Source: Blepharisma stoltei ATCC 30299
Taxonomy: Eukaryota; Protista; Ciliophora
Length of the DNA stretch: 64,000 bases
Reading direction: 5' to 3'
NCBI GenBank assembly: GCA_965603825.1
Contig: CBFDEM010000010.1
Coordinates: forward strand, 124,001 to 188,000
Shown: positions 25,501 through 37,237 of the stretch, piece after piece
Layout of the letters: the number at the start of each line of letters is the position of its first letter
How positions within the stretch are numbered: the first letter of the stretch is position 1
Made by a program: the position numbers and the translations under genes
The notes under the pieces: model-generated
Told to the model about the DNA's origin: nothing
Databases searched by the model: none
Seen by the model: only the letters and a program-made list of their open reading frames with translations

Positions 25501-26119
25501 TAGGTGCGTTTAATTTTGGGACTGAAACACCTCCTGAGCTTTTAAGTGACCAAGTTGCGCTTTCCAAGTCAAATCTAATTATCTATTACATGTATAAATT
25601 GTTATCATAGCCAGTTGACAAAGTTCCTCCATAGATAGCAAATTTCAACTTATTATCATTTTTGTCTTTATAATGAACATATGCAAAGCGAGACCTAGGA
25701 GAAGGAATGGCCCCATTCTGAGATACAATCATTCACTGATAACTCACTAGATCAAACTGCCACATGTCATTTTGAGGCCCATTTGCTGAACTTCCACCAA
25801 ACACATAGAGATAGTCGTTATTTGAGTCGACGAAGCCTCCAAGATTATACCTTTGTGCTGCTTAGTGCTTACAAGGAGTCATTTGAGAAGAGGCTTGAAG
25901 TTCATATCAGCGTGATTCTGACAATGAAAATTTCCAAACATCATTATAAAGTCTTGAAACCCCTTGATTGCCTCCAAATGTGATCAAGGAATTGTCTTTT
26001 TCGTATAAATCAAGAATGTGGTATTGTCTTTCACCTGGAGGTGTCCCAGTTGCAGGAATTAGAGTAAATGTTTGAGGAAAAACGGGTCTTAAGAAAAGGA
26101 AAAGTCAGATTCTTATCAT
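22594..26119 (-). CDS. Membrane protein: signal peptide, many Kelch repeats, TNFR/GCC2_GCC3-like Cys repeats, 3 TM helices; 1159 aa
   Basis: Introns 25858-25872, 25575-25589 and 22949-22964 plus about ten TGA=Trp give one continuous frame (3480 nt spliced); repeated LYLFGG...NDLW and CPAGTF/CPSGTF. Confidence 0.88.
22949..22964 (-). other. 16-nt intron
   Basis: gtaatatttatcatag; restores the frame. Confidence 0.85.
25575..25589 (-). other. 15-nt intron
   Basis: gtaatagataattag; removes in-frame TAA TAG inside a Kelch repeat. Confidence 0.9.
25858..25872 (-). other. 15-nt intron
   Basis: gtaagcactaagcag; removes an in-frame TAA. Confidence 0.9.
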
Positions 26120-26780
26120 TAGTTTAAAAATAATAATATTAAATGGATTTTAGTGTTAATAAAAGTACCTTCTCGAACTATTCTCATAAGCTTGTTCAGC
26201 CTTTCATTTAATATCAATTTAAGTGGAGTTTTTCTTGGTTTTAATTGATGTTTATAAATAAAATACTGAAATTTATTTTATAATTTAGGACACTTTATGG
26301 TTGAAGCGTTTTAAATTAGAATATTTATTAATATTTAAATTACTTGCTATTACGTCGTATCTTAATCTCTATTTAAAATGATATATATTTAAAAATAAAC
26401 TTATTAGATTTTTAAAAATTTCAGCATATATCAGATTATATACAGTGATTAATAATCTTCTTATAAATATTCTTGCGTAAGAAATTTAAATGTGTAATAA
26501 ATATAAAAATTTGCCTTTTTAATATCTTCAGAGAGTCCTATTTATATATAAAAAATATATTAGATTTAAAATATCCTTCCCATTTATTTTTCAATCTCTC
26601 TAAATAATTTATTCATAAAATTATTTTTTATAATTCTACTCCGCCATCATATTTTAAAAAATTCCCCAAACAATTATTTACTTACAAATTTGTCGTAATT
26701 GCTAACTCAAGCAGAAAGCCTATTATTATAAATTTGTTTTGAAATTATTTAATTTAAACTTTTTTACACCAAGTCTAAAA

Positions 26781-28004
26781 ATGTCAATTCTCTCTCATCC
26801 AGGTAGCTTGAGATCATTTAAAATAGCGTCTGACCCTGCTTCTAAAACACAAACTCAGCCTGACATCAAAGAACTGAGAGATTTAAAAATCCTTAGCAAG
26901 AAATTTCTTATTCAAAAGCCAACACTTACAAGTCGACTCAATTCAGGGAGGCCAGAAAGTCACAATGTTCCCAGACGCCTTCCAGGAATAATACCTCCAA
27001 GAAGTAACCCATCAGTAAAGAGCACTCGAAACATTTCAGAAAGCCGAAAAAGACTTATGAGTGCTGGGAGAAGAGCTCAAAGTATAGCAGATCAGCCGAC
27101 AATTTTTTCTCGATTAAAAAACTATGTAATTTCATGTACATATAAATCAAGAACTGGAGAAAGAGACGGATCAACTAAATCTCAAAACCAAGACTCTTAC
27201 ATTATAAGGCCGTTTTTGCGAGGCGCCAAAGGCCAATATTTATTTAGTGTATGCGATGGTCATGGTAAAAATGGCCATCTTGTATCAGGATTCATAAAGG
27301 AGAAATTTCCTATGCTTATTGAGTCCAACTTACCTTTTTCATTTCCAGACCAAAATCAGATCTCTTTATGCCTGCAGAAATCTATTATTGAGGTTGCAAA
27401 ATATCTGGAAGAAAGCAAAATTCCAATCGAGTCATCAGGAAGCACTTTGAATTCAATTTTAATAAGTGGTGAAAAGCTCGTCTGTGCCAATTTAGGTGAC
27501 TCAAGAGCGGTTTTGGGTAGCTTCAAAGATGGGTGAAGGTCAAAAGACCTTTCAAGGGACCATAAGCCAAACCTTCCTGATGAAAAAGCAAGGATACTCA
27601 ACTCAAACGGCAGGGTTGAGCCAAAATACAGTGCTCATGGTGAAGAACTAGGCCCAGATCGTGTATGAACTGACGATGTTCATGCTTCTGGATTGGCTAT
27701 GTCGCGATCAATAGGAGATTCTCGAGTGCATAAAGTAGGAGTCATAACCGAACCAGAACTTGTCTACCACCAAATCATGCCTGAAGATAAGTTTGCTATC
27801 ATTGCATCTGATGGTGTTTGGGAATTCATGTCTAGTGAAGAAGCTGTAGAAATTGTAGGCAAAACATGGCAAGCTGGACGGAGTGATATTTGCTGTGATA
27901 ATTTAGTCAGCGAAGCTTTGGAAAGGTGGAGACTGAACGAAGATTCAGTAGATGATATTACTGTCATCATCATTTTCTTTAGCTTCTCACATAAAAAATG
28001 TTAA
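26781..28004 (+). CDS. PP2C/PPM protein phosphatase, 407 aa
   Basis: NQDS, VCDGHG, ANLGDSRAV, DHKP, GLAMSRSIGD, ASDGVWE, DDIT; two TGA=Trp. Confidence 0.95.
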
Positions 28005-28119
28005 TTAACCCTGTTTCTAGTTGAAATCGCTTATATCATTATAAAAATAACCCATGCTATCAATACTTATTTCTTAAAATGGATTTGGCTGAATAATATG
28101 TGTTCTCTTTATAAGTGTA

Positions 28120-29238
28120 ATGTCAACGTTATCGAACTCAGAGCTATTAAGCGAGTCAGACTCAGAATTTTGGCTTGACCTTGATACACTTCCTAAACTT
28201 AAACTTCCTCAATTTCTGACTGACCAAGAAATAACTCCAATGATTTCATCACTTGGCCTTGATGAAGAAGAGAAGAAAATGATTGATGATACGCCGTCAG
28301 CGTATTATAAAGAGAGGTTCCAGATCTTAATAGACCGAGTCCGAGCTGCTGCCAAAGTGTCATATCAAAATCTGCTTGACCAAGTTTTAAAAAAGCTTCA
28401 CAGAGAATATCAAATAAAAATTGAAGAAATCAATCGAAAACAATTGAATGATATCATGGAACTTAAGAAAGAGTTTGATAGGCTTAACCTTGCCCTTATA
28501 GGCAAAGACTTAGAATTAGCAAAACTTAGAGAAATGGTTTCAGAGCAGGAGGTTATCATATCTTCACAACGGATACTCAGGATTCCAGCAACTCCTAAGT
28601 ATGCCCCACAAGATGCACGAGTTCTATCATTAGAAAAAGATTTAAAAGCTGCAAGAGTAAGACACACAGCCCTAAAAGATCTCTCAAAAATGAGCCACCA
28701 GCAGACTGACGAAGCCAAAGAGAAGCTGAAAATTGCTCAAGATCTGCTAAAAGCAGAAGAGATCCGTCACAAAGAAGAGGTAGAAGACTTGAACAAAGAA
28801 TTTGCTGAAAAAGAAAAAGAACTCAACGGCAAGATTAAAGAAATAAAAGAAAAATACTCAGAGTTCAAGAGAGATGTGAACAAAGAACTAGAGATTAGGA
28901 TGGTGATCAACCGCAAACAAAATGATGTAATTAGCTCTCTGCAAAAAGAATTGAAGTCAGTTAAAACTGTAATGACGTCTCCAAGGCTGCATTATAAGTT
29001 TCTCAATAAATCGATGAATGAGGAGAACCTAGCAAAATCAAAGAAAGGAGAAGACGAGCCAAGATTTCTAAAGCAGATACCGAAAAAGCCTAAAAGGCTG
29101 TTCAGAAATAGTGAGCTATCAATGGCTGACTATGGAGATAGCACTCAAGCTTCCCCATCTTTTTCGAAATCATCTGACCTGGACTTCAATTTACCTATAG
29201 TTAGTCTACTGCCTGAATCCCCGAGGAAGAACTATTAA
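28120..29238 (+). CDS. Coiled-coil protein, 372 aa
   Basis: Long uninterrupted heptad-rich ORF. Confidence 0.8.
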   Translation: MSTLSNSELLSESDSEFWLDLDTLPKLKLPQFLTDQEITPMISSLGLDEEEKKMIDDTPSAYYKERFQILIDRVRAAAKVSYQNLLDQVLKKLHREYQIKIEEINRKQLNDIMELKKEFDRLNLALIGKDLELAKLREMVSEQEVIISSQRILRIPATPKYAPQDARVLSLEKDLKAARVRHTALKDLSKMSHQQTDEAKEKLKIAQDLLKAEEIRHKEEVEDLNKEFAEKEKELNGKIKEIKEKYSEFKRDVNKELEIRMVINRKQNDVISSLQKELKSVKTVMTSPRLHYKFLNKSMNEENLAKSKKGEDEPRFLKQIPKKPKRLFRNSELSMADYGDSTQASPSFSKSSDLDFNLPIVSLLPESPRKNY

Positions 29239-29263
29239 ATCCTGCTAATATTATCATTTACAA

Positions 29264-30031
29264 TTAAACCTTTTCTTCTTCTTGTTTGGGAGACTTCAGC
29301 AAGTATCTTTCTTTTTTAGTTCCTTGATTATCTGCGCTTGAAGCAATTTGAGGGCCTTTCTCCAAATATTCTATTCTTTCTGTCAATTTTCTAATGCTTT
29401 CGAAAGTGGTCTGCTGTTCACTTTTCAAATTCTCTAAATCTATTTTCAGCTGATTATTTTCTCCTTGGAGACTTGCCAATTTTTCCTCATATTCAATATG
29501 CCTATGAACTTTTGAATATTTTTTCACACTTTTTAGCGTCTTTTTAATTTGTTCAAACTCTTTTGACCAAAATCCACGAGTTTTGATTTTTTGCTCACTG
29601 CTGCTTTTTTCAATGCGTTTTTCAGTTTTTAGTTTAGTCAGAGTTTCATCTTCGTGCTTCACCCATTGAGGAGATGAGCTTCTATGCCGAGAATTATAAG
29701 TTGAGTGCAGGTATCTAGGCTCAAAATTCTTGACACCAACAGTTGACAGTAATCTGTCTACATTATTCATAATTTGAATATATTCATGCCTTATTCTAGC
29801 CACTTTGTTTTCGTTTTCACTAATTTCTAGATCTTTACCCTTAATTTTGGAAATTTTTACGAGGACTCTCATGATCCCCGCTTTCAAAGAAGTAATGATA
29901 TCAGCTAATTTGTATTTTATTTGTGAAGGGATTTCAGCGTCGTCATTGACTTTGTGCTTGCAAAATTTCAGCCCTTTGAGTTCTTCATTCAATGCTTTTT
30001 CCCACTGCTCAATTTCTTGAATATCTGTCAT
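29264..30031 (-). CDS. Coiled-coil protein, 255 aa
   Basis: Uninterrupted ATG to TAA ORF. Confidence 0.75.
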   Translation of the reverse strand: MTDIQEIEQWEKALNEELKGLKFCKHKVNDDAEIPSQIKYKLADIITSLKAGIMRVLVKISKIKGKDLEISENENKVARIRHEYIQIMNNVDRLLSTVGVKNFEPRYLHSTYNSRHRSSSPQWVKHEDETLTKLKTEKRIEKSSSEQKIKTRGFWSKEFEQIKKTLKSVKKYSKVHRHIEYEEKLASLQGENNQLKIDLENLKSEQQTTFESIRKLTERIEYLEKGPQIASSADNQGTKKERYLLKSPKQEEEKV

Positions 30032-30050
30032 TTTGAATAAATATGGAATA

Positions 30051-31094
30051 ATGATTACATTGATTCTTGCATTTATTCCCCTGATTAGTAGCTATCACAT
30101 AGCTCACAACCTTAGCCCACTTGAAGCTACAGTTAAATGTTCAGCTTATCAATGCGCTCCAAGTTCCTATCCAATGCCTACAAATTATTGCATTCAATCT
30201 AACAGTGGCATATTCTATCTCAAGCCATGCACATCTTCAGGGCAATATTGCAATACTGCAACAGGACAATGCTCTCTGAGTCCTTCTACAAATTCTACCA
30301 AGTCGTACCCAGGAGAAAGTTGCACTAGTTCATCTGACTGCCTATATGGAAATTGTATATCGAAAGTTTGCAAAGGGTTAAGTGCTGGAGGAGCATGCTT
30401 AACAAGTGACCAATGCCAGCCTGGACTTTTTTGCAACACTACAAATATGTGCCAAACCCAGCTCGCAGCTGGGGCTTCAGGATGCAGGAATTCATATGAT
30501 TGCGTTAACTATGCAAGCTGCAATAAAACTTATAGCACAAATAATGGGGTCTGCGTAAAATATGCTTCTCTCGGATATGGATCAGTTGTCACTGATTGTA
30601 CGGGAGGATTTTCACAAATGTGCAGCTCTGCATACTGCTCCAACAATAATTGAATGGGCACTATTGGAATATGTTTAAAGCCTCCTGCCAGTGTAAATTC
30701 TCTTCCTTATAATTGTACGAGTTCTGTACAATGTCAAGGGTTTAATGGAACAAACATATTTTTGAGTCAATGCCAATGTGCCTATGGCACGACTCAAGCA
30801 TCTTATTGCCAGCCTTTCATTGGCGATATACTTGGGACAAAATTGATTAATTGATGGGTTTATGCATCTAAAAAATCAAACGGGAAATGCAACACAGTGA
30901 CAAGAGGATCAGACACCTGCTTGAAAAAGCTGAATTTATACACAGACATCACAGAAGCTACTTGGCAATATTACAACTACTCACAGATTCTCTATAACGA
31001 TGCATGTGTGAAAGAAATTTATACTGCCCAATATTGGGGGCTTTCACACTCCAAGCTGATTGAGTTAACTATGCTGATAATTTTAATTATTTAA
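30051..31094 (+). CDS. Cysteine-rich surface protein, probably GPI-anchored, 347 aa
   Basis: Signal peptide MITLILAFIPLISS, Cys repeats, hydrophobic tail LIELTMLIILII; TGA at 30651 and 30852. Confidence 0.88.
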
Positions 31095-31104
31095 AATACG
31101 TTCT

Positions 31105-31665
31105 TTATATTGCGAATTTCCAGTAGCCGCAGCTGCAACCTACAAGGACTCCTCTTATCATTTCCTGATTTGCAAAGGAAATTTGCGGCATAAACTTGCA
31201 TCCAGTAGAATAGTGCTGCCTTACAGATTCTCCAATGCTTGAGCAGAAGTCTTCTGTTTGGTAATAAATATTTGTGACTAAATTTACCTGGCAGTTTGTT
31301 TCCGTGCAATAATATTGGTGAAGTCCGTTTTCAATGATATGATGCATTATCTTTCCAGTACAAATCAATGTAGGGCATTGCATCATAACATTTTCATATA
31401 CGCTCTCTGGGTCTTCTCCATTATAATAAAGCTCTTCTTCAGGATTTTGCCTCATTTCTGCTTCCCACTCAGGCTCTGGTCTTTCTATTCCTGCAGCCAG
31501 CTGCTTGACTTGGTATTCAGCTTCATTTCTTCTGAGAATTCTTATATAATCTCTTTGACTCTTTGCATTTCTATGCGCTCTTTCAGCTCCTTTCTTTTGC
31601 AAGTCGTGATTTGGCAAGTGGTCAATGGGAACCCGCCTATTAATATTCATATTGGCCCCGTACAT
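31105..31665 (-). CDS. RPA-interacting protein (RIP/RPAIN)-like C-terminal zinc-finger protein, 186 aa
   Basis: Basic N-terminus, acidic middle, CP..IC...YC...C...H...C..P...CSC pattern. Confidence 0.6.
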   Translation of the reverse strand: MYGANMNINRRVPIDHLPNHDLQKKGAERAHRNAKSQRDYIRILRRNEAEYQVKQLAAGIERPEPEWEAEMRQNPEEELYYNGEDPESVYENVMMQCPTLICTGKIMHHIIENGLHQYYCTETNCQVNLVTNIYYQTEDFCSSIGESVRQHYSTGCKFMPQISFANQEMIRGVLVGCSCGYWKFAI

Positions 31666-31697
31666 TTATGTTTACCAAAATTAATTTATAATTGTTA

Positions 31698-32264
31698 TTA
31701 TGGCAAAGTAAACGAAACTTCGTCTTCGAGATCCCTTCCTGATAAAATAGCAGCATGATCTCCCTGCTCAGTTTCTCCCCGCTGAGCTTCTAGATGCTCA
31801 TTTACTTGTGGGATAGGAGGCTGCTCCACAGGAAGGAACGGATTGACTTTACAAAGTGGGCATATCGGGGCTTCCCTCCGTTGAAACCAGTCGTCAATGC
31901 ATTTAACATGAAATAAATGCTTGCATGTAAGTTTCCTCACAGAAGCATCGTCTGCGAAACTGTATAAATTTTACTCTTCAAAGCAAATGCAACACGTGCT
32001 TTCGCTCACTTGCACCATTTGCCTGTTAAAAGGAGCTCGTGGAAATCATCTTTCTAGCTCATCTTCAATAATAACTGAGTTTTCAGGAAGCACAGCATAG
32101 TTTCTGGCTCTCATGTAGCTGACAAAATATTGATCATATACAAGTCGTTGCCGTTGGGCACTTTTGTACATTTTTCGAAATAAAACTAGGCAGCATCCCA
32201 TACAAAAGAGGGATACCAGCACAAGGGCAGAGATTGTTAAGGCTTGTCCCATGTCATCTGTCAT
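31698..32264 (-). CDS. Transmembrane RING-H2 E3 ligase, 183 aa
   Basis: N-terminal TM; CCICFEDF...LTCKHLFHVKCIDDWF...CPLCK after TGA 32046 and intron 31960-31974. Confidence 0.92.
31960..31974 (-). other. 15-nt intron
   Basis: gtaaaatttatacag; restores RING spacing. Confidence 0.92.
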
Positions 32265-32325
32265 TCTTAGGTTTATTACTATTTCATTATAAGCATTTTT
32301 CCTGAGATAAAGTTAATTAAAAATC

Positions 32326-33765
32326 TTAGACTTGGTTGATGATGTTGTGATAAGCCAAACCAGTGGCGGAGATGTTGTCACCGAGAGCGGTAACTTGGAC
32401 AACCTTAGTGCAGGTAGGAACTAGGGCTAAACAGCATCTCATTTCGCCGATTGGGTTTCAGCAGTGAGTTACTTTTCCAGCTCCAAATTCTGCTGTTTGC
32501 TGCTTGTTTTCTGAGTGGATGGAAACTGAGCCTTTGAAGAACTTGACTGTGGAAAGCTGGATGTCTGTTGTGTTGCAGGCATATTGACCTGAAAGAAGAG
32601 CTGATCTTGCTGCAGAAATGAGAGGTTCTGACCAATCTGAAGTTGAGCAAACTACCTGGGAGTAAACGGTGTGCAAGTGAATTCTGTTGGTTTGAAAGCC
32701 TTTTTGCTTTAATACTATAATCAGTCGTTCAAGATCCGGCAAATATACTTCTAAAGTCGCTTTTGATGGGTATCCTCTGAATTTCTCTCCAGTTAAATAG
32801 CTCAGCAGCTTCCCTAGTTCCTGTTCATTTAGTCCAATTGAATCAGCCTTGATGAAGATTTTTTGAAGCTCTTCATAGAACTGGTTGTTATGAAAGTCTC
32901 CCATTTCCACATGTATCTTAACTTTCTGGCTATTAAGTTTATCAATCACTTTTATCATGCTTTTAATGAACTCTTTTTCATGCTCCGAGCCTTGGATTAG
33001 CTGTAGTCCTCCAATTGCCACCAAATTTACCTTTGCTCCTAGATTTTCCAGCCCAGAGAAAGCTTTTGGATGAGTATTTTCAATATCATGGTTTGCATAA
33101 AATCTATTACTGCGTGGGGCTGTAAATTTCCCCCATGTTTCTCCTTCAGCATATTCAAACACAATATGATAATCAGACACTTCAATGAGGTCATTTAGCG
33201 GTATCAGCCTTGAATGGAAATAATTCGTCATTTCTGCAGTCAATGGACTTGATATAAAGGTTTTGCAGCCTTCTTGAGCCAATCTAATAGCCATCATCAT
33301 TGCATTCCCTCCTAAATTCCTATGTGAATGAACTTTGTCGATAATTCCTAGGATTTCATCATAAGTTGCTTTGTCTACTCGGAACTCTGCAGCAGTACCA
33401 TCAGAAAAGCAACTCGCTAATGTCTCCACAAACTCTTGTTTGTTTGCTATTGCAGTGTGATATTTTGCTTGCTGAGGAGGATTTAGAAATTTGACGACTT
33501 CACTTAAGCGAACTCTTAAATCAATCATAGATGCAAAGCTTACAGCTACTTGGCAGTTATTTTCATTTGGAGAGTGGAAAGTTTGGCAGCGAGTGTCACT
33601 ATAACTTAAGAGGTCAGAATCGCATGCTGCCTTGCGGAGGATTTCGAGAGATAGTTGAGAATCTGAGTTGTTTACAATATTTATATTTTCGCTATGAAGT
33701 TTAGAGACAGCAATCCCAACAATTGCTATGACAATTGCACTCAGAAAAGTAATTTTGTTGTTCAT
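32326..33765 (-). CDS. ADPGK: ADP-dependent glucokinase, 479 aa
   Basis: LGGNAMMMA, PRSNRF, DSIGLNEQEL, RIHLHT; TGA at 32458 is read through to the catalytic TALGDNISATGL; N-terminal signal/anchor. Confidence 0.92.
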
Positions 33766-34270
33766 TTAATTTGTATAGTTAAGTTAAAATGAAGATTTCT
33801 ATAAGCAGATTAATTTTATTTGTTAAGTGTTTATTGGCAATAATAAAATATATAGCATTTCCAGCCCCATATATATTTATAATTGCATTTATTATCCTCA
33901 AACAAAAATCCAATAAAAACAGCTTCTTATATCATTTGAAATTATCTTATAAGTTTAAGTTAAAAGAGCTTGTAATTTCGATAAAATTAAGCAAATCAAC
34001 AAAAGCCAGTCTTTTCAAGTTGATATTGATCTTTAGTTCTAAATAGATCACTAATGAAATATCACGAGATCAAAGATAAGAAATTTCAATATTTTAGAAT
34101 TTTTTTAATATTTAATCAAATATTGACTGTATTACTAATAAAATTTTTCAAACTTATAGCAACCTAATTGTATAATTTATCCAAATGCTATCAATTTTCA
34201 ATTTCATCTAATTTAATTATTTTCTAAGTTTTCATTTTGAGTTCTAATTAATATTATAAAAATACAAGCT

Positions 34271-35227
34271 ATGTCATCCTCAGATTCATATCTAAGCAAT
34301 CCAGAAATCTTTATTATGCCACTACATCTTAAAAAAATAAACAAGCTCATGCCAGTAGGATACAAGCTTGATCCAGATATTTTGAAGCCATCTCATTCAG
34401 GCAGTCAAAAGAAAATCAAAAGCAAGCACCATAAAGACTCTCAGGCAGTCAAAAAAAATAAAAATAAAGAAGATGCTTCTTCAGAGTGAACAGACAAGTA
34501 TCCAGGCTTGAAAACTGGAGGGGCTGCCGCCCAAAGATGCTATGAAATTTTGCAGAACATGAAGAAGCAAAATCTCTGTTCTTCATTTCTCCAGCCAGTA
34601 GACCCAGTTGCATTAAACTTGCCTGACTACCTTGAAGTTATCCACGATCCAATCGATTTATCAGCTGTCGAAAGAAATTTAAAAGCAGGGGTTTACGAAA
34701 ATTCGCAGCAATTTGCAGTTGACATTAGGAGAATATGGCTTAACTCGTTCACTTATAACTCCTGCAACAGTGATATGTTCTACATTACTCTTGAAATGGC
34801 TACTTATTTTGAGAAGCAGTTCAAAGATGCTGAAGACCTCCTCTTTGTCCCTGGGGATGAGATCAGAAAAATGAACCGGGATAAATCTATAATCAGAAAC
34901 TATATGGACAGACCTATGACTTTGAATGAAAAAAAGATACTCGCAGCTAATTTGAGAAGACTTGATAAAGATGATACACTTAGAGCGCAACAAATAATTT
35001 CAAAGGGAAAAACTAACACGCCAATAGCTCAATTCAATATTGCAAAATTATCAACAAGAACTCTAAGAGAACTTGAAAAGCTGGTAAAGCTTTCTTATCA
35101 AGCTGAAATTCATAGCAATAGACACTTAAAATATCCAAGAAAGCAAGCTCATTTGGATTCAGAAGACTTGGAAGCCCCTGAAAAGCGAGTTAAAAGAGTC
35201 CATTATAATAATGAGATGGAATACTAA
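34271..35227 (+). CDS. Bromodomain + ET-domain protein (BET/GTE-like), 318 aa
   Basis: FLQPVDPVALNLPDYLEVIHDPIDL...NSFTYN; RPMTLNEKKIL and LSTRTLREL; TGA at 34487. Confidence 0.92.
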
Positions 35228-35233
35228 TAAAAA

Positions 35234-36856
35234 TTAACAATTTGACACATTCATTCTAAAAGTAGAACTTGTAAAGTCTTCACTCAAAAATGACCTTCCT
35301 TTTCTCCTATTAGAAACTGGCCGACTTTTATTTGCCAAGCCATTTTTGTTTGATTGGAGAATTCATGGATGATTTAAAGCTTCTTCAGGAGTCATTCTTA
35401 CCTCAGGATCTCATTGCAGACTTCTTTCTAAAAACTCTAAAAATCCGTTGTCATGAAGCCCAATTCTTGATTGCAGTGGAGTTGCTCCAGGATACCTCAC
35501 TTTTCCTTTTGAGTTAGGAACAATGTATGGATCGCCTTCTTCATCGAAAAATATTCCTTTTCGAGAAGATAGTTCTAAGAGATTTTGAGGTGGGAGCCCT
35601 AAAACTTCCATGATTCTTGCCATTTGTTCGTGCTCACTTTCTCCAGGAAAGAGCGGATGCCCTGTATAAAGCTCAGCTATGATACACCCAAAGCTTCACA
35701 TATCAATTCCATGAGTATATGGAATTCCAAGCATAATTTCAGGCGCTCTGTAGAATCTTGATTGGATATAAGTATAAATTCGTTCATTCGCCAGACATGA
35801 GGAGCCAAAGTCAATCAACTTTATAGCTGACTGAGTTGGACTTTTAAGGAGAATATTTTCTGGTTTTAAATCACAGTGAATTACGGATAATGATTTGATG
35901 TATTTAAGTGACTCCAAAATCTGGATTGCAAATCTTCTCACAAGTGAAGAAGATAGGCCTTCTAAGGAATTTAATTTGAGGAACTCATACAAATTAAGTG
36001 AAAGCAGCTCAAAAGTGAGACACAAATGACTCCTAAATGAAAACGAATCCTTCATCCTCACAATGTTTGCATTGTCTTCCTTGTCATGAATATTCAATAA
36101 ATTCAAAACTTTAACTTCCACTAGTCCTTGTGCTTTGAATCTTTTTTTATTTTTAATTATTTTTAGTGCTATAATTTCTCCAGACTTGTGATCTATGCAT
36201 TTTATTACTTGTCCAAAGGACCCTTTTCCTAGTCTTTCTATAATTTCATATCTATAGGCAATGTGGTCTCCTATAGAGATTTTGTAGTTTCCTTTTTCGT
36301 CATCGTATTTCTTGTTAAAATTTTTCAGCTTGGAAACTTCATCTCCAACATAATAAATTTCTTGATATTCAAGGATCTCTGCCCTTTCTTGATCAGTTAA
36401 GAACTGGCTTAAAAGCTTGAGACATTCATGTGCAGATATTGGAAAATTTATATCTTGCATTGAAATCTTAAAGGCTCTCTGAGTTGAAAACCCATTTTTC
36501 TTCAAAGTACCTGATGAGTTAGTAGGGGTATTGAAAGAAATATTTATTGGTTTGCTCGCACGGTGAGATAGTAAACTTTCAAAAACCCTTTTTGATGAGG
36601 ATGATAAGTTCATAGATTGGTTAGTTAAATCTTTGATTGGAAGTTCTGGAATCTGAGCTAAGGGAGGCTTTCGATTTGATACTTGCTTGAAGTTACGCTT
36701 TGGAGAAAGCTGATTTTTGCTTAAATCCATGTAGATTTTTTGACGGGTATTAAAAGGAACACGTTTTGAGGAGCTTTGAAAAGTAATATTTTGATTGATT
36801 CCATACGCAGCTATTAGCCGTTGAGTCCTTGACGTTGGATAAGAATCAAAAGACAT
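35234..36856 (-). CDS. DYRK2/3/4-class dual-specificity kinase, 540 aa
   Basis: DH box YDDEKGNY, GKGSFGQV, HCDLKPEN, YTYIQSRFYRAPE; IDM[W]S, LQ[W]DP and HP[W] all use TGA. Confidence 0.96.
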
Positions 36857-37237
36857 ATTCTGATTTTTAGTGGAAATTACAAAAATTAAAAGCATGGAAA
36901 TATGTACGATTTTTTTAAAATATCTAAAATGTGAAGTTTTATGAATCCCATATAGCCCGATAATTATGAAATATTTTGTTAAATAAATAATTAATTAATC
37001 TTGCTTATGATTAATTAATTACTTAAGAATGCGCGAATCATAACTATTTATTTATAAAAACATTTCTTAGAGAGTATTAAATTTTAGCTTTAATAATATG
37101 CGACTAGAAAAAACTTTTATATAAAATAATTTTAATTAAATTTCCTGCTATAGTTGTCCATTTTATATTTTCAAGCCTATCCAATGCTCAACTAGGAGGA
37201 TTATTTATTTTCAACTTATAAAAATATCTGATTGCTA

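Noticed and set aside
26120-26780. Long AT-rich spacer as an IES or mobile element
   Set aside because: No terminal inverted repeats or coding remnants; it lies between divergent genes like the other promoter spacers.
33789-34046. 85-aa ORF and similar short ORFs antisense to real genes
   Set aside because: AT-rich spacer or shadow ORFs with no motifs.
37184-37237. Upstream ATG extending the membrane-protein gene
   Set aside because: In-frame TAG at the fourth codon and no suitable tiny intron to remove it.
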